From the NCBI GenBank assembly GCA_905331295.1, contig CAJNYD010000012.1, positions 682,001 to 746,000 on the forward strand: a stretch of DNA of 64,000 nt, given 5' to 3'. Of this stretch, positions 1 through 12,449 are shown one piece after another. The notes under the pieces are model-generated. The model did no database searches, was not told the origin of the DNA, and saw only the letters and a program-made list of their open reading frames with translations. Both the position numbers and the translations under genes were made by a program. Origin of the DNA: Rotaria socialis (Eukaryota). The stretch's first letter is position 1; each line of letters begins with the position of its first letter.

Positions 1-276
1 TCCCCATCTTCCCGTCGTCGACGGCAGCGATCATCGTCACCCTCGTCGTCATCATCATCGTCGTCGTCGTCTTCTTCATCGTCATCGCGTCATTCATCAG
101 ACAATCGAAAGAAAAAACGAGTATCGCCAGTAAAACCTCGCTCACCAACACCGGAGTTTTTGAGACAGCGTTTTCGTCGCAATTATCGTCGTCGTGCATC
201 ATCATCATCTTCTTCGGCATCTTCATCAAGGTCCGACAGAAGTTCATCGAAGAGGAAACGAACAGATTACAAATAA
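1..276 (+). CDS. 3' end of a Ser/Arg-rich protein (gene starts upstream of window)
   Basis: Frame 1 is open from base 1: SPSSRRRRQRSSSP...RSPTPEFLRQRFRRNYRRRASSSS...KRKRTDYK, with TAA at 274-276 and AATAAA at 407-412. Confidence 0.7.
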   Translation, partial: SPSSRRRRQRSSSPSSSSSSSSSSSSSSSRHSSDNRKKKRVSPVKPRSPTPEFLRQRFRRNYRRRASSSSSSASSSRSDRSSSKRKRTDYK

Positions 277-1223
277 GCGTAGTCTTTCTTCTGTAATTTC
301 TCTACTATGATGATAGATGTTAATACAGTTTTTTGTTTGTTTTTGTCGATGAGAAATATTGATCATATTTTGTATTTTTGCGAACTTGTTCAATGTTTAG
401 TATCAAAATAAATATTACTATGATTTGTCTCTCTATCTGAAAAGTATCTAAGTATATTCACATACAAATAAACATGATACATGATGGTTCTTTGCTAGAC
501 GAAGTAGCCAATTTGATTTAAACGGCCATCGTTAAAACTGATTATCCATAAACAATCGATTAATAGCAATATTATAATTATACTAATTTATCTTATTCGA
601 TGATTCTCTGAGTGAAAAACATTTTTTTTGATATTTGTAGAATAAACGTGTTACTCTCAGAAGATATACAGTAAGCTTAGCTACTCTTTCTTTTGTCTCT
701 AAAAAGACGAGTTTACTTTTCAAATCTTGAAAAATATCTTTGTTTTTATTATTATAATATTATGCATTTGTGCCTGGTTATGTTGTGATCGCTTTTTGAG
801 AAATATTTTCTATATTCAAAAGTTTTACATGATCAATTATTTTAATTTCTAAATTGTGATAAGTCAAGTTTTTGAAAAATGTTAGATATCATTGATTTTT
901 CAATTCGAATCGATGCATGAATATTTATTGCATGAATTTCTTCATACCTGAGCTGTTTTGCCAAATAAAGTCATGATTACGAAAATATTAAAACAGATTT
1001 TCATTAAATATTCCTAATTATGCGTTGAAGTTGAAGATAATTTTACTATGCTTATGATCACGCTGTATATCTGGCTTTTCATTGAAGATATTTCGAAACC
1101 TATCAATATGTAGAACTAACACCTAAGAAGTTTACTCTGCTGTTAAATCTTCGATTCATATATTTTTTCAAAAATTTTCAATCCGATTACTCATATATCT
1201 ATTGAAAATTTTTCGACATCAAA

Positions 1224-3677
1224 TTAAACAAGTTGACCATAGCATTCTTGATCATGGCATTCTTTTACTGGATACGTATTTGGTAAAATAAGAGTTTCAG
1301 TTGTCAAAATCAATGTTGTGCCTTCACGTCCAGGAAATGTTGCTTGTAGAAAGGCAGCAACCCAATATCCATCTCTAGGAATAGAAACTGAAAGGGAATA
1401 TGAAATAGTTGCACCAATTTGTCCCTAAAGAATAATGACAAACTGTGGAACATCTAATAATACAGACTATATCTTATACAACCTCAAATTGAACAGCAGT
1501 ATTTGTCCAAATAATAGGATTAACAACAATGCTACCAATGCCTGGATCAAGTTTTGCTTGCCGAAAATCACGTCTGTCAAATAAAACAATACTTTGATCG
1601 TTTCATATTATTTCCCTCGAACTTTACCTTAAAGTATCAGTGGTACGAGCTTGATAGGCTGTGACAGCTGTCGGTTGAGGTTTTCCACCACTGATATCAA
1701 TGACAACATGAATAATGCCAAGTGTACCATTTATAGTACGCGTCCATTTCATTGATGGTAGAGGTCTTCTCTATATTAATTAGTAATTAAATGAAAGACA
1801 GAACTTGATATCTACATACATCTGCTATGCTAAGATAAAAACTAGACAGACTTTCTTCATGTCCTTTTATATTATGACCAGTATTAGGTATTCGTCTACG
1901 TATAAAAACTATGATTTGATGTTATCAAATACCATCTTACTGAGTTTCCGTACCTTAAATAGGATCCACCTGTAGCAACTTGTAAATCATTCCAGAAGAA
2001 GTCCTAACAACGGTTAAGATCATAGTTTTCATATAGTTTATGGACAATCAATATAAGTCTACTTCACTATCAGGCAGAAAAAATTCATCACCGGCACCTT
2101 GTAGCTGAAAAATTTTCATTTTGTTATATCTATCAAGATATGCTAATGATACAACAACCGTTTTCGTATAGTCTAAGAAATTATTCGATATCTTACAATA
2201 TGGATCCACCATTGCCGCTAATTTATCAAAAGCTGAACTGTTCATATAGCGAGTAATATTCATTTCGTGATAATCATTAAATGCAAATGTCCATCCAGCA
2301 AGGGACTATTAGAAAACAAAATAATCATTTCCATAGACTAAATTGATACGTACGCGATAATGCGACATCATACTCTGAAAAGAAGAGTAAAAAACAAACA
2401 AATTAATGCGTTCATATAATTCAGTTTTATATTACTGGTCGAAGATTCAGTAGATCCATGACTATAGGGACTGCAGCGACAACTCGTGTATTATCTGTAG
2501 CTGCAGTAGTCCATGCTAGAATTCAATATAGAAATAGCAGAAAACGCTGATATAAATATTTATATACAAACTTGTCCATCCACGCTATAGATTAAAAAAT
2601 TAAAGTTAAAACTTAATAAACATCCGAAATGAAAGCGTAATATTTACTTTTGAAGCACCACCAATAACAAATTCTTCCGGTACAACTATGTTTTGTTGTT
2701 GTAAAAATTGTTGAATAGCATCCATAGCTCGTACAACTGCCTAGTTTTTAAATAAAATTGATAAACAGTTGCAAAGACCAGTAAATATCTATGCTGTTCT
2801 CCTGGTTTGTTTTTGTTACTTTAGTCATTGGAAAACGAAGAAGCACTTGTGGATCACTACCATTGGCATCAAAATATTTTTTCCATGTCCAAGCAATGAG
2901 TGCATCTTCTTCTCGAGACTTTCTTAATGGATCATCCTTTAAAAAAGTTCAAACATCATAGTAATAACAATTAGATTATAAAATAACATACCCAAAAACG
3001 AAATGGTTGATTCGGAATCTGGTTAATCGTAGCTGTGATACTGTCTGTGCTAAGTGCAAGATTTGTCATTGGATTCGTAGCAGGCACTCTAAAATCAATC
3101 GAATTAGAGTGCACGAAAACAACATATACTTTCATCAGCTAATTTAGAGAACATATTGTTTTAATCAATGTATGAAATTTCTTATTGAATTATCTACTAC
3201 TAGAAGATCTAATCTATTTAAACAATCGACGTAATCGATTTTGTATGAATAAAACATTTGATAAATTCATATGCCTACTTTTCTTCTTTATACTAATATT
3301 GTACTAAAGTATAGCGTAGACTTACGGATCAGTATTGTCTCCATGACTAATTAATAAGAAAGAAGTTTTAGGACGACGAATCATTCTTGGAACTGTAATA
3401 GTCAAATAATGCCACCAAATGGGTTGCGAGGAAAATGACTCTACATAAGAGACGATTTAATTCAGACTCTATAAAAGAAAACTTTTTTACCATCAAACCA
3501 CCGTTGAGATGTCATATTCAATACATACAACGTATAAGTTGGTAGTGGATACGTTTGAAGGCGTGTCCAACTGAATATTGGGTCAGGAGTATGGACATAG
3601 TCGTCGAGTGGTGTTCCAAGACATTTATTTGAGGCAATCACAAAAATAACGATGAAAACGGCGTCAACGAGATGCAT
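1224..3677 (-). CDS. PqaA/AprA-family (PhoPQ-activated pathogenicity-related) secreted alpha/beta hydrolase, ~15 exons
   Basis: Signal peptide, then TPLDDYVHTPDP..LNMTSQRW, WWHYLTI, LLRFPMTK, GGASKRGWTTW (nucleophile elbow), GWTFAFNDY, GAGDEFF, RIPNTGH, ending CHDQECYGQLV*. All introns read GT-AG. TATA-like element at ~3728-3736. Confidence 0.88.
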
Positions 3678-4140
3678 CGAGAGGATGCGATAAATAATGT
3701 TTTATTTTTATTTTCATCACGTCTTACTTTTATATACCGATTTCGTATTTAAACGAATACTTATGCTTTGTCAGCTCTTGCTTTAAAAAATCGTACTATT
3801 TGCATTTACTTAGTACCGCTATATATTGATATTTGATACTTCTGTTGAGTTTATCTCTACTGGATACACTAGATGAATGAAAAGCAAAGCAATTATATGA
3901 CTCAATCTATTCGATTCACTAGTATATGAATATTCAACCTAATGTTTTATAACTTATTGTAATGCGTGCATTTTTTTTATACAGTGTACAATTTATTAAG
4001 TAATTCAAAGCTTTATTTCACAGTTAACTGTAATAGATTCTATTAAAGATGTGTAAAAAAACAAGATCGACTCTTTGACTTTAACAATATTTTAGAAATG
4101 AAATATCCGAGGTGTTTTACAAGTCAGATGTGCAAAAATA

Positions 4141-7100
4141 TAGAGTCCTCTGGGGTAATTTGAATCAAACTTTTGAAAATTCATTTTGTTTTTGTTCTTT
4201 CTCAGTCATCTTACATTCTACAATGATGATTTTTTTATCACTGCTAGTTCAAAGTGTCCTCTATCGACTCATGAAAGAGTCATCGAAGAATATTCTACTG
4301 GTAAAAAGTATCAGTGAAAATGGCAAAAAAAGTAGTGTGGAGCTGATCTGAATTGCTCCATGTGGGGTAATTCAGATCACTCTATGAATCTAGGTGGGGT
4401 AATTCGGAGCACTACAGCAAAAACTGCTTGACTCATTTTCCCCATCTCCTAACTCTTTTTTTTATTCGTACTTGTTAAAAGCAAAAACACCATTCGATAG
4501 CCCTAAGTGTCCTCTATGGGGCCTGAAAATATCTCGACGATCGAACAGAGAGTTGTAATACAATACTCACAACAAGAACACCTCCATCAATCAATTGAAA
4601 ATCCATCTGGGGTAATTCGAATCACTCCAGCTATTTTTGCTGGTGATCATTTCTGAAACCTCTACCGTCTCTACAGTGCAAAATCGATCACTAAGCCTTA
4701 CAGAGAAGTTGTTCATCTCTATTTTCTGTATCTCCTCCTACAAAAAATCACAGCTGATCCGATCAATTCAATACAATATATCAACTGAAATAATACGAAA
4801 AATTGTTCCAACTTATGACACACCCTAACGATATTTCACTAAATATTTCTAGCCTAAAATACATCCTGGAAAAAAAAACTTTGCACCTTTAGATTTAGAA
4901 ATGTTCGAGCTACAAAATGATATAGTGGAAAAAAAAATCTGGAAGATCATGATTGTTGAATTTTAGTGCTTTTATGGTGTTGTAGAGATTGATAATCATG
5001 TTTGATTTCTCTTGACAAGCGTGTTTCATGTTGAAAACGTAATTTTAGCATTAATCGTTATTATAAAAATCTAACTTCTGACTTATTTTGTTGGTCAAAA
5101 TATCATATGATTAGTACACCGCATGTTCCTAATTCGAACAGATTATACAAAATACATAGAAAAAAAAGACTTTTTTAGTAAATGAAACTTTTTTATGTTT
5201 CAAATCGAAAATTTCTTGTTGCTTCCGCTAGAAAAGATGCTTGTTGACCCATTCCGAATTATTATCCAGCGGTTCAACTTAATCTGAAATCGAACACCAG
5301 ATATAGGTAATACTGGTGAATTTAGCATTTTTTCAAGACTATATCTCAGCGTCAGAGCATAGGACGATAGAGGACACTTTGAACTAGCAGTGATAAAAAA
5401 ATCATCATTGCCACTAGTCGACGATCTTGACTTCGATCTGTCTAGATTCTTGTTTTTCTTGAATATCAGACAAGATTCTTTTGCCATTCCTTCTGTACAA
5501 GATTCTTGCCTGAAAAAACAGATCTTGTCTTTCTGGCAGGATTCGTGTAGATACAATCTTGGCTGGCGAGGCAAGAAATGTCTCGCCAGGCAAGATTCTT
5601 GTGTTCCTGTATTCTTATCTGATTCTTGTTTTCTTGGAATTCTTACAAGAATCTTGTTTCTTGCCTTCCTGGTATGATTCTTTTTTCTTGCCATTCAGAC
5701 AAGATTCTTGTAAAATAAATGAATCCGATTTATGCAGCAATACAGTTGCCTCTTTCGTTACTGTTATATTCTTATTTCGAATTTCAAAAACGATACACAA
5801 AAAAGTAAAAGACAATTGCAACAAAATTTACAATTAATTCATATCACAAACACAAAAAGAATGTTTAACAAGAAATAAAGACGAGGAACAAAAAGTGAAA
5901 ACAATTTTTTCGATTTAAAAAATGTTTATTAAAATGTGTCGTCGTCGTCGTCGTCGTCGTCGTCGTTGTCATCATCATCGTCGTCATGCAAAATGGATGA
6001 TGTTTCAATAGTGGTTCATTCTAAAAGACAAATGAACAATACAGAGATTTTACATTAGAGTAGCTCATTTATAACAAATTATTTACAATAGGTTCAACAG
6101 GTGGAATCAGCGAAGATAATTGAGTTGGATTAGGTCTACTTTTTCGATTATCACGCCACCGTCGTTGTCTCAGTGTACGAGATGCTGGTTCTGAAAAAAA
6201 TAATATGCAGGTCGAAAATAAAGAATATTGCATAAACGTATAGATACTACCTAAATTACTAGCAACATTGGCGTATACCGACTGAAAAAAATTGTCCGAA
6301 TTTTCTTGATCCATCATTCATAGGAAAAATCTATAACAAAGAAAAAAATGAGCCGATATGTTAAGAATAATGATATATATTCATTTGTCACATTGGAATA
6401 AAGATAATACTGAATATCATTATTTTAAACATCTTTCTTTTAAAGATCATTCTTTTAATTTGTATAGCTCTTCTTTCTATTTCCAATCGAAAGCAATGAT
6501 CAAAAGATGTCGTGCACATACCGTGGACTTCTTACAGTTACTTTATGTGTATGACCTTCGACGCGTCGGTTCACAATTACAAATGAGTTAGATAACGATC
6601 TAACCAACCGTCTATACGTATAAGATTATATATGGACAAAAATATCACATGGACTTTTCTTTAAGATATATAGAATCGTTGAAAAGAAAAGAAAAAAGAC
6701 TCTTGTCTGAATTTCAAGAAATTTGAAATATCTTGTAAATTCATTCCAGATTCAGTTTTTTCTGATGAATCAGACTAGATTCATATCATCTTAAACTTCA
6801 GACAAGATTCTTTGGGAGAGGAAAGAAACAAGATTCTTGTCTGAATTTTAAAAAATCTTGAATATCTTGTCATTCTTTCCTGATTCTTATTTTTCAGATG
6901 AATCCGACAAGTTTCTGTTTTTCTTGAATAAAAGGCAAGAATCTTATTTCTTTCCTTTCGCGAAGAATCTTGTCTGAATATGATGATTGTAAAGAATCTT
7001 GCCTGATATTCAAGAAAAACAAGAATCTGGACAGATAGAAGTCAAGATCGTCGACTAGTGGTAGAATGTAAGATGACTGAGAAAGAACAAAAACAAAATG

Positions 7101-7141
7101 AATTTTCAAAATTTTGATTCGAATTACCCCATAGGACTATA
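4141..7141. mobile_element. Non-autonomous DNA transposon with long TIRs (TA-flanked, Tc1/pogo-like)
   Basis: 4141-4266 is the inverted complement of 5365-5411 plus 7061-7141, so the right TIR is split by an insertion. The GGGGTAATTYGRATCA-like motif recurs at ~4152, 4364, 4397 and 4609. No transposase ORF. Confidence 0.8.
5412..7060. mobile_element. Non-autonomous CACTA/EnSpm (CMC)-like element
   Basis: Termini CACTAGTCGACGATCTTGAC...GTCAAGATCGTCGACTAGTG, inverted similarity over ~70 bp, and many subterminal CAAGATTCTT repeats at both ends. The ORFs listed at 5200-5837 and 6894-7109 are artefacts of these repeats. Confidence 0.8.
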
Positions 7142-7224
7142 TTTAATGTTGATTTATCAGTTTCATTTAATAATTTAATTAATCAGGCGAGCTTGTTCTT
7201 GTCTTTATTCTTCATAAACATATT

Positions 7225-10076
7225 TCACACATAATAATCATCGGCCCCTAGGTCTATATCAACTCCAGATGTTGTCGATGGGAAATGTTTGACATAGTTA
7301 TTTGTTGAATTAAATTTTGGTATTGCTGAAGCTGATTCAATTGCTTTAATGAACTGTTGAAAATAATCCAAATCCCATTTATTGTCAGCGGCTGATTGCC
7401 AATAATCAATTTGACCGAAAAAAAAGCCATTTCACATAGTCTTCCGAATTTGGGTCTTTCATTTACTGTACCACATGTTTGTTGACTATAAAAATCCGGT
7501 GTTGATGTATTTGGATTATTTGTAACCTAAAGAGAATACAAAGCTACAATTAAATGTGGATTCTTCACCATTTTTTTCGTTCTCAAACCCAAAAATTACA
7601 ATAAAATGTTAAGATTTTCAGTTTTAAATTAAACTCCAAGCATAATTACTTGTCTAAGTTTTGCATGACCAAATTCATGAATCGTTATTGTACAGATATC
7701 CATTCCAGAAACTGATTTTCCGATGGGTGAGTCAGGATGATATTCTGTTGAATATATCGACATTTGACCACGAATATAGGCTGGATTAATATAAATTTTA
7801 TTAATTCCACAAAATCCTCTTGAACCAGCGAGTGTACAATTAATTATTTCCACTTGAATGGATGGAAGAACATTTGGTAAACGTAGACATGCACCACTAT
7901 CAACTAAACAATTGACAACTCCTATCACCTACAAGAAAAAGGCAGATTCACATAAGAAAATTCAAACTACACAGCAGTATTATCTTTAAAAGCTTAGATT
8001 GTGTACAAAATAATGAGAAAGAAACAAAACATTCTTCAGAAATGAAGACTTGTTCTGAATCTCGAACAATCTTTACAGATGAAGGTAAAGCATTAGATTA
8101 CGTAGACAACGCATGCATATAAAATATGCGATTAAAATACGACAACATAGAAAAAGGGTAATCTTATGAGTTGGGCACTAATACAATTCGTCGCGTGACA
8201 ATTCGTTGCAATCAGTTCGTCGCATGTATACGAGAGGATACATTAATCGAATAAGATATTTAGTGTAGAATGTGATTGAATAAATCACTCCGGTAAATGT
8301 TTTTCTTCAGAGAATAATGGCTCCTTCTTGATAATTCTTTTTTTAACAATAGAGATCTGATTTTACAGGTTTCTTTACAATTAAATTAACTAGAATTTAA
8401 ATTACAAAAGCTCAATGGAATTGAATTAAAAATGAATTAAAATTTTTCTAGCATCAAAATTAAAACTATATAGAAATAATGTTTTTTTATTGAATGATTC
8501 GTAATGAAGCAAATTAGTTATCGTTATTTGGAAAAAAGATGACTTAAGCAGTAACGCATAAGAAAAATAAGAAATCTAGTATTTGAGTTACACATGTGTT
8601 GACAAAAATAAAAATTCTTCAACAAATCATACATGATTCCTGAAGTTCAATCTTCCGTATTCCAGAGATAATTGACAACATATATTTCTTAACACCATTT
8701 GTAGACGAAATACAACTTCTATTTGTAGAAAATTGAAAAAAAATTTGAAATACTCAATAAAGTCTAAACCAATCTTGATCATTTTTTTCTTAAAATTCTT
8801 TCTAATTTAAATTTCAATAATTTTAACTTTCATTTTCAATTTTCCATTTTAATTCTTATAAGGGTTTAAAAATTTATTTCTCCATCTAATAATTATTTTA
8901 AATTTCAATCTTCGGAGCATAAGCGGGAAGCCTATTTTGAAAATGTTTGAACCACTTTATCCACGAACTGAGCATATTTATGTATCACAGAAAACTGTCC
9001 CAGACAGTACTGAGCGAATTATATACTTAAAAAAAAAAAACGTGAAATTTGCTTTCATTGGTTTCTTTTTTTAGGTGAGGATTTCATCAGAATTTATCCC
9101 CTTAAAGGACTAGAATCCTATTTATCATCAGACTCTTTGTATTTTAAGAGAAAATTCTTTAAGAAATCTTTTCAAAAGTAAATTATTTCTTTTTTTCGAA
9201 GCTCATCTTCTATTCCTCATGTATATCTAACAGTTCAATAACAGCGTGTACAATTTACATGATTAATTAAATAACATACTAAACTACATATCTTAATTCA
9301 ATTAATGTATCCTCTCATATATGCGTAACATTTGCAATCTCCACTTACAACTGGATGATTTAATTTTAACGAGGCGAGCATTTTCCATCGATCAAGACGA
9401 TCATGTGTATCATCGATTATCATATTTTTCATTCATTTCACTTTCAAAAACCAAGAACATAATCTTTCACTTGGTAATTTTAGTTTCGTACCATGTAGTA
9501 ATAACATCAATTTAGATTTTGTAAGAGGCTCGGCTGTATCATTTGTTCCAATTAACTCTAGTAATAACTTTAATGACGAAACATTAAATATATCACATTC
9601 ATCATGATAATTTAATAAGTTTTGAAGTATAACAACTGACATTTTACTAAAAATAAAACAAAAGAAATTATTAAAAGAGTAATTTTGAGATTATTGTTCA
9701 AACTTTAGTTTACCCAAAATTTTCTGAAGAATCATCGTTACTTATAGTTAAAGGTGTAATAAATTTTGCTTTTTCTCGAATAACACAGAGACTTGTTGTT
9801 GTAACATTTGCTGGAAGGCTACAGATGAACGTTTGAAATGCATCAAATAATTCCATCATTTTCCATACAAAGAGTAAGAATATTGTCTCGAAATGTTCTA
9901 ATGGCAACCGAATCAAAAATTTCGCAACAGCGATAAAAATCTGAAGTGAGAAATTTAACAAAAATCATAAAATATTTGTGTCAGTATTAAACTTAAGCCG
10001 CATGCTTTGATATTGTTTTGCATTAGAATTAATCAACACACAATAATGTACGGGAAACAACAGAATGCATGGTAAG
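7225..10076 (-). pseudogene. Disrupted gene for an HExxH (zincin-like) protein of unknown family
   Basis: Spliceable exons give ...DRLDRWKMLASLKLNHPV|VIGVVNCL...TITIHEFGHAKLRQ|VTNNPNTSTP...FGQIDYW...DLGADDYYV*. In-frame TGA at 9433-9435, frameshift in the A8 run at 7418-7425, and the 5' end abuts a hAT terminus at 10077. Confidence 0.6.
8231..9317. mobile_element. Mariner-like non-autonomous element in an intron
   Basis: TA|CGAGAGGATACATTAATCGAATAAGATAT at 8229 matches, inverted, ATATCTTAATTCAATTAATGTATCCTCTCA|TA at ~9288-9319. Confidence 0.55.
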
Positions 10077-10560
10077 CAGAGATGGGCAACTCCGCACAAC
10101 TCCACTCCGATTTTTTTAAATCCCACTCCAACTCCGTTTCAACTCCGATTTTAAAACGTCGTTGAATTTTCTCGAACAAAATTTGCAAGCATAAGAATTT
10201 CTTAACAGAAATCTAGAATAACTAATGATGAATAGTAATTTTATTTATTTCTTTTAAAGTTTTTCACATAGAATCTTTAAGTATTTATTTTAAGAAATCA
10301 AGGTTGCATTACATTTAACAAATGTTAATTTAGATAATGTGTCCGTTGATAAGCGACTTCGATGTGGTGTCATAAGTAGCCCACTTTTTGAGAATTTTCT
10401 TTCAGCTGGAGTTGATGTGGCTGGAACACATAATACTCTTAATGCTGCATAAAATGCACGTAGCAGATGTTTTACCTTTGCTATCACCAGCAATATATTA
10501 TTTGAAGTTTTCAAAATATTTTTCCAAACCTTTATCGCCAATTTTTTTTTAAATCAAAGA
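10077..10560 (-). mobile_element. hAT transposon remnant (3' terminus plus C-terminal dimerisation domain)
   Basis: ORF 10290-10541 has LCVPATSTPAERKFSKSGLLMTPHRSRLS, the hAT dimerisation motif. Terminus CAGAGATGGGCAAC at 10077 with subterminal ACTCC repeats. The other end was not found. Confidence 0.85.
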
Positions 10561-10942
10561 TGATGCTTTACCATCATCACTAAAACTCATTTCTAGATCA
10601 GTTGTTGAAAGTGTAAGATCAATTGTTGATTCATTAAAGGATGAGTTCATTTCAAAATCGATCACGAACAAAAAAGACAATCGAGAAAATATAGACGTTC
10701 GATGAAATGATACTTTTAAAAAATGTCTCCTAGTAAATAGAATCGTTAATCGATTTAAAATTTTGCTGTTTATATCTATATTTTTCTCTCTTCCCTCATT
10801 CTCTTCCACACATTTTTACACTAAGACTATTCGTCCATGTGCCTACTAGTTGTGCCATCAATACCATGCGCAGACATATCTGTTTACGCTATCGTCTTTC
10901 TTTCGTTCTCTTCTCTAACGAAATTCNACACAATACACCATC

Positions 10943-10972
10943 ATGCCAACGGGCATAGGCGACACTCTCTAG
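10943..10972 (+). mobile_element. Possible Helitron 3' terminus
   Basis: Short hairpin ATGCC-AACG-GGCAT, a 12 nt spacer, then CTAG followed by T. This is the canonical Helitron 3' layout, but the stem is only 5 bp and no 5' end was located. Confidence 0.4.
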
Positions 10973-12449
10973 TTTTGTCGTTACACTCTGGATAACTTGA
11001 AGTAGCCTAATAAACATCTTTGCCGAGAGTGGCACAAGCTACTCTAATCAAGTTGTTCGTTACACCGATCATTTAATTTAACTGGAAGAAGAGACTAAAA
11101 CCCCAAACAGACCAAAAATTCATAAAATTTAATTTTGTTTTAAGTCAACAGCGGTCCACACTAAAGCATTAAATCACCAATAGTATAAGACAAGCCTCTT
11201 TCATGGATGCGAAGTGCATCGTAGAACATATTACTGCATTGACAGGCGCCGCTATCGTATGTGCTCCAGTTAATAACAGATTATCTTAAAAAGATTCGTC
11301 ACAAACTATGGCTATCTAGATAACATAGTCTGTGTGACGTCTAGCTTGTGTTTGTATCCATAGTGATGTAGACTTCCTTGTTAAAATATTTGAAGTAATT
11401 AACAATTATTACGATAGTCACATTCGTCCTTCAAGAATATTCAAAACAGATTCCTCGCAGTTTTTATCATGATTTAATACATAACAGTAGGAATTAATGA
11501 TGTATCGTTGATTATGAATAATGACATCAGTATTGGTGTATGACTATGAAACTATTTACAGAGTTATACCATTCGTAAGAAAATCAAATAATTTTATTCA
11601 ATTAAAATGCGATTCTTCATTCATCATTAATTAATTGACGTTTTTGTTTTTAAATAGTTTTGTCTATGACAAGAGTAATATTCACTAGAACCATTGGATA
11701 CTTCCTATACTATACATGATAGAAGGGAAAATGCAATTATGTTGTTGATCTAGCTTCTAATATGAAATAAAATCTCTTTCTAGTATCTTTTCCTAATTAA
11801 CGATAGGTTTTCATATATTCAGATAGATTTGAATAATGTATATTTTTTCAGTAAAATTGATCTTCAAGTAGAAGTTAAATTCAAATATCTTTAAAATAGC
11901 ATTACTAAGTTGAATGATGTTATGAAACCCATATGGCGATAAATAATACATATTATGTAGTTAATTGCACGTCGATTTTTTAGTTGTGTTCCATTGACTC
12001 CCTTACGATTATATTTTCTTTTAACAGAAATATTTTTTCTAGAATCAGTTAAAATATGGTTGAAGTTATCACTCACACCTCCGTTAGAAATCTATACAAC
12101 GTCAATAACGTGACCACGAAGAAGATCATTAAAACTCATTTACTAAGAAAAACATGTCTTATTTTAGAATGTACTTTATACATAGTTATAATAAATAGAA
12201 TCTAGAATACAAATAAAGAATAAAATAAAATTTAAGAACGTATTGAATAAATTTTTGTCAGATTATCAAGAGATCTATTTTCTTATTATTTCTGTATAGT
12301 TTCTACAATATTTATTGTGAATAAAAGAATATTTAATTTTTTTTCTTATTTATATACAACAACTGTTACGCTTAAATTCAAGATGTTTTTATTTAAAAAA
12401 AAATTCTTTTACTGTTAGGAATAGATTCCAGTACATAGTAAAGATCATT

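Noticed and set aside
4150..4630. Spaced GGGGTAATTC repeats resembling a CRISPR array
   Set aside because: Spacing is irregular, orientation is mixed, the repeats lie inside a TIR element, the context is eukaryotic, and there are no cas genes.
5200..5837. Four overlapping ORFs with repeated QESC/QDSC peptides
   Set aside because: They are translations of CAAGATTCTT subterminal TE repeats, open on both strands, and not a protein repeat.
9433..9435. In-frame TGA as selenocysteine or readthrough
   Set aside because: The same gene has a frameshift and a TE truncation, with no redox motif or evident SECIS. A nonsense mutation is simpler.
11891..12145. Coding-like fragment (LLRGHVIDV.., GVNGTQLKNRRAINY)
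   Set aside because: Interrupted by stops, with no motif I can assign. It may be a decayed transposase but cannot be supported.
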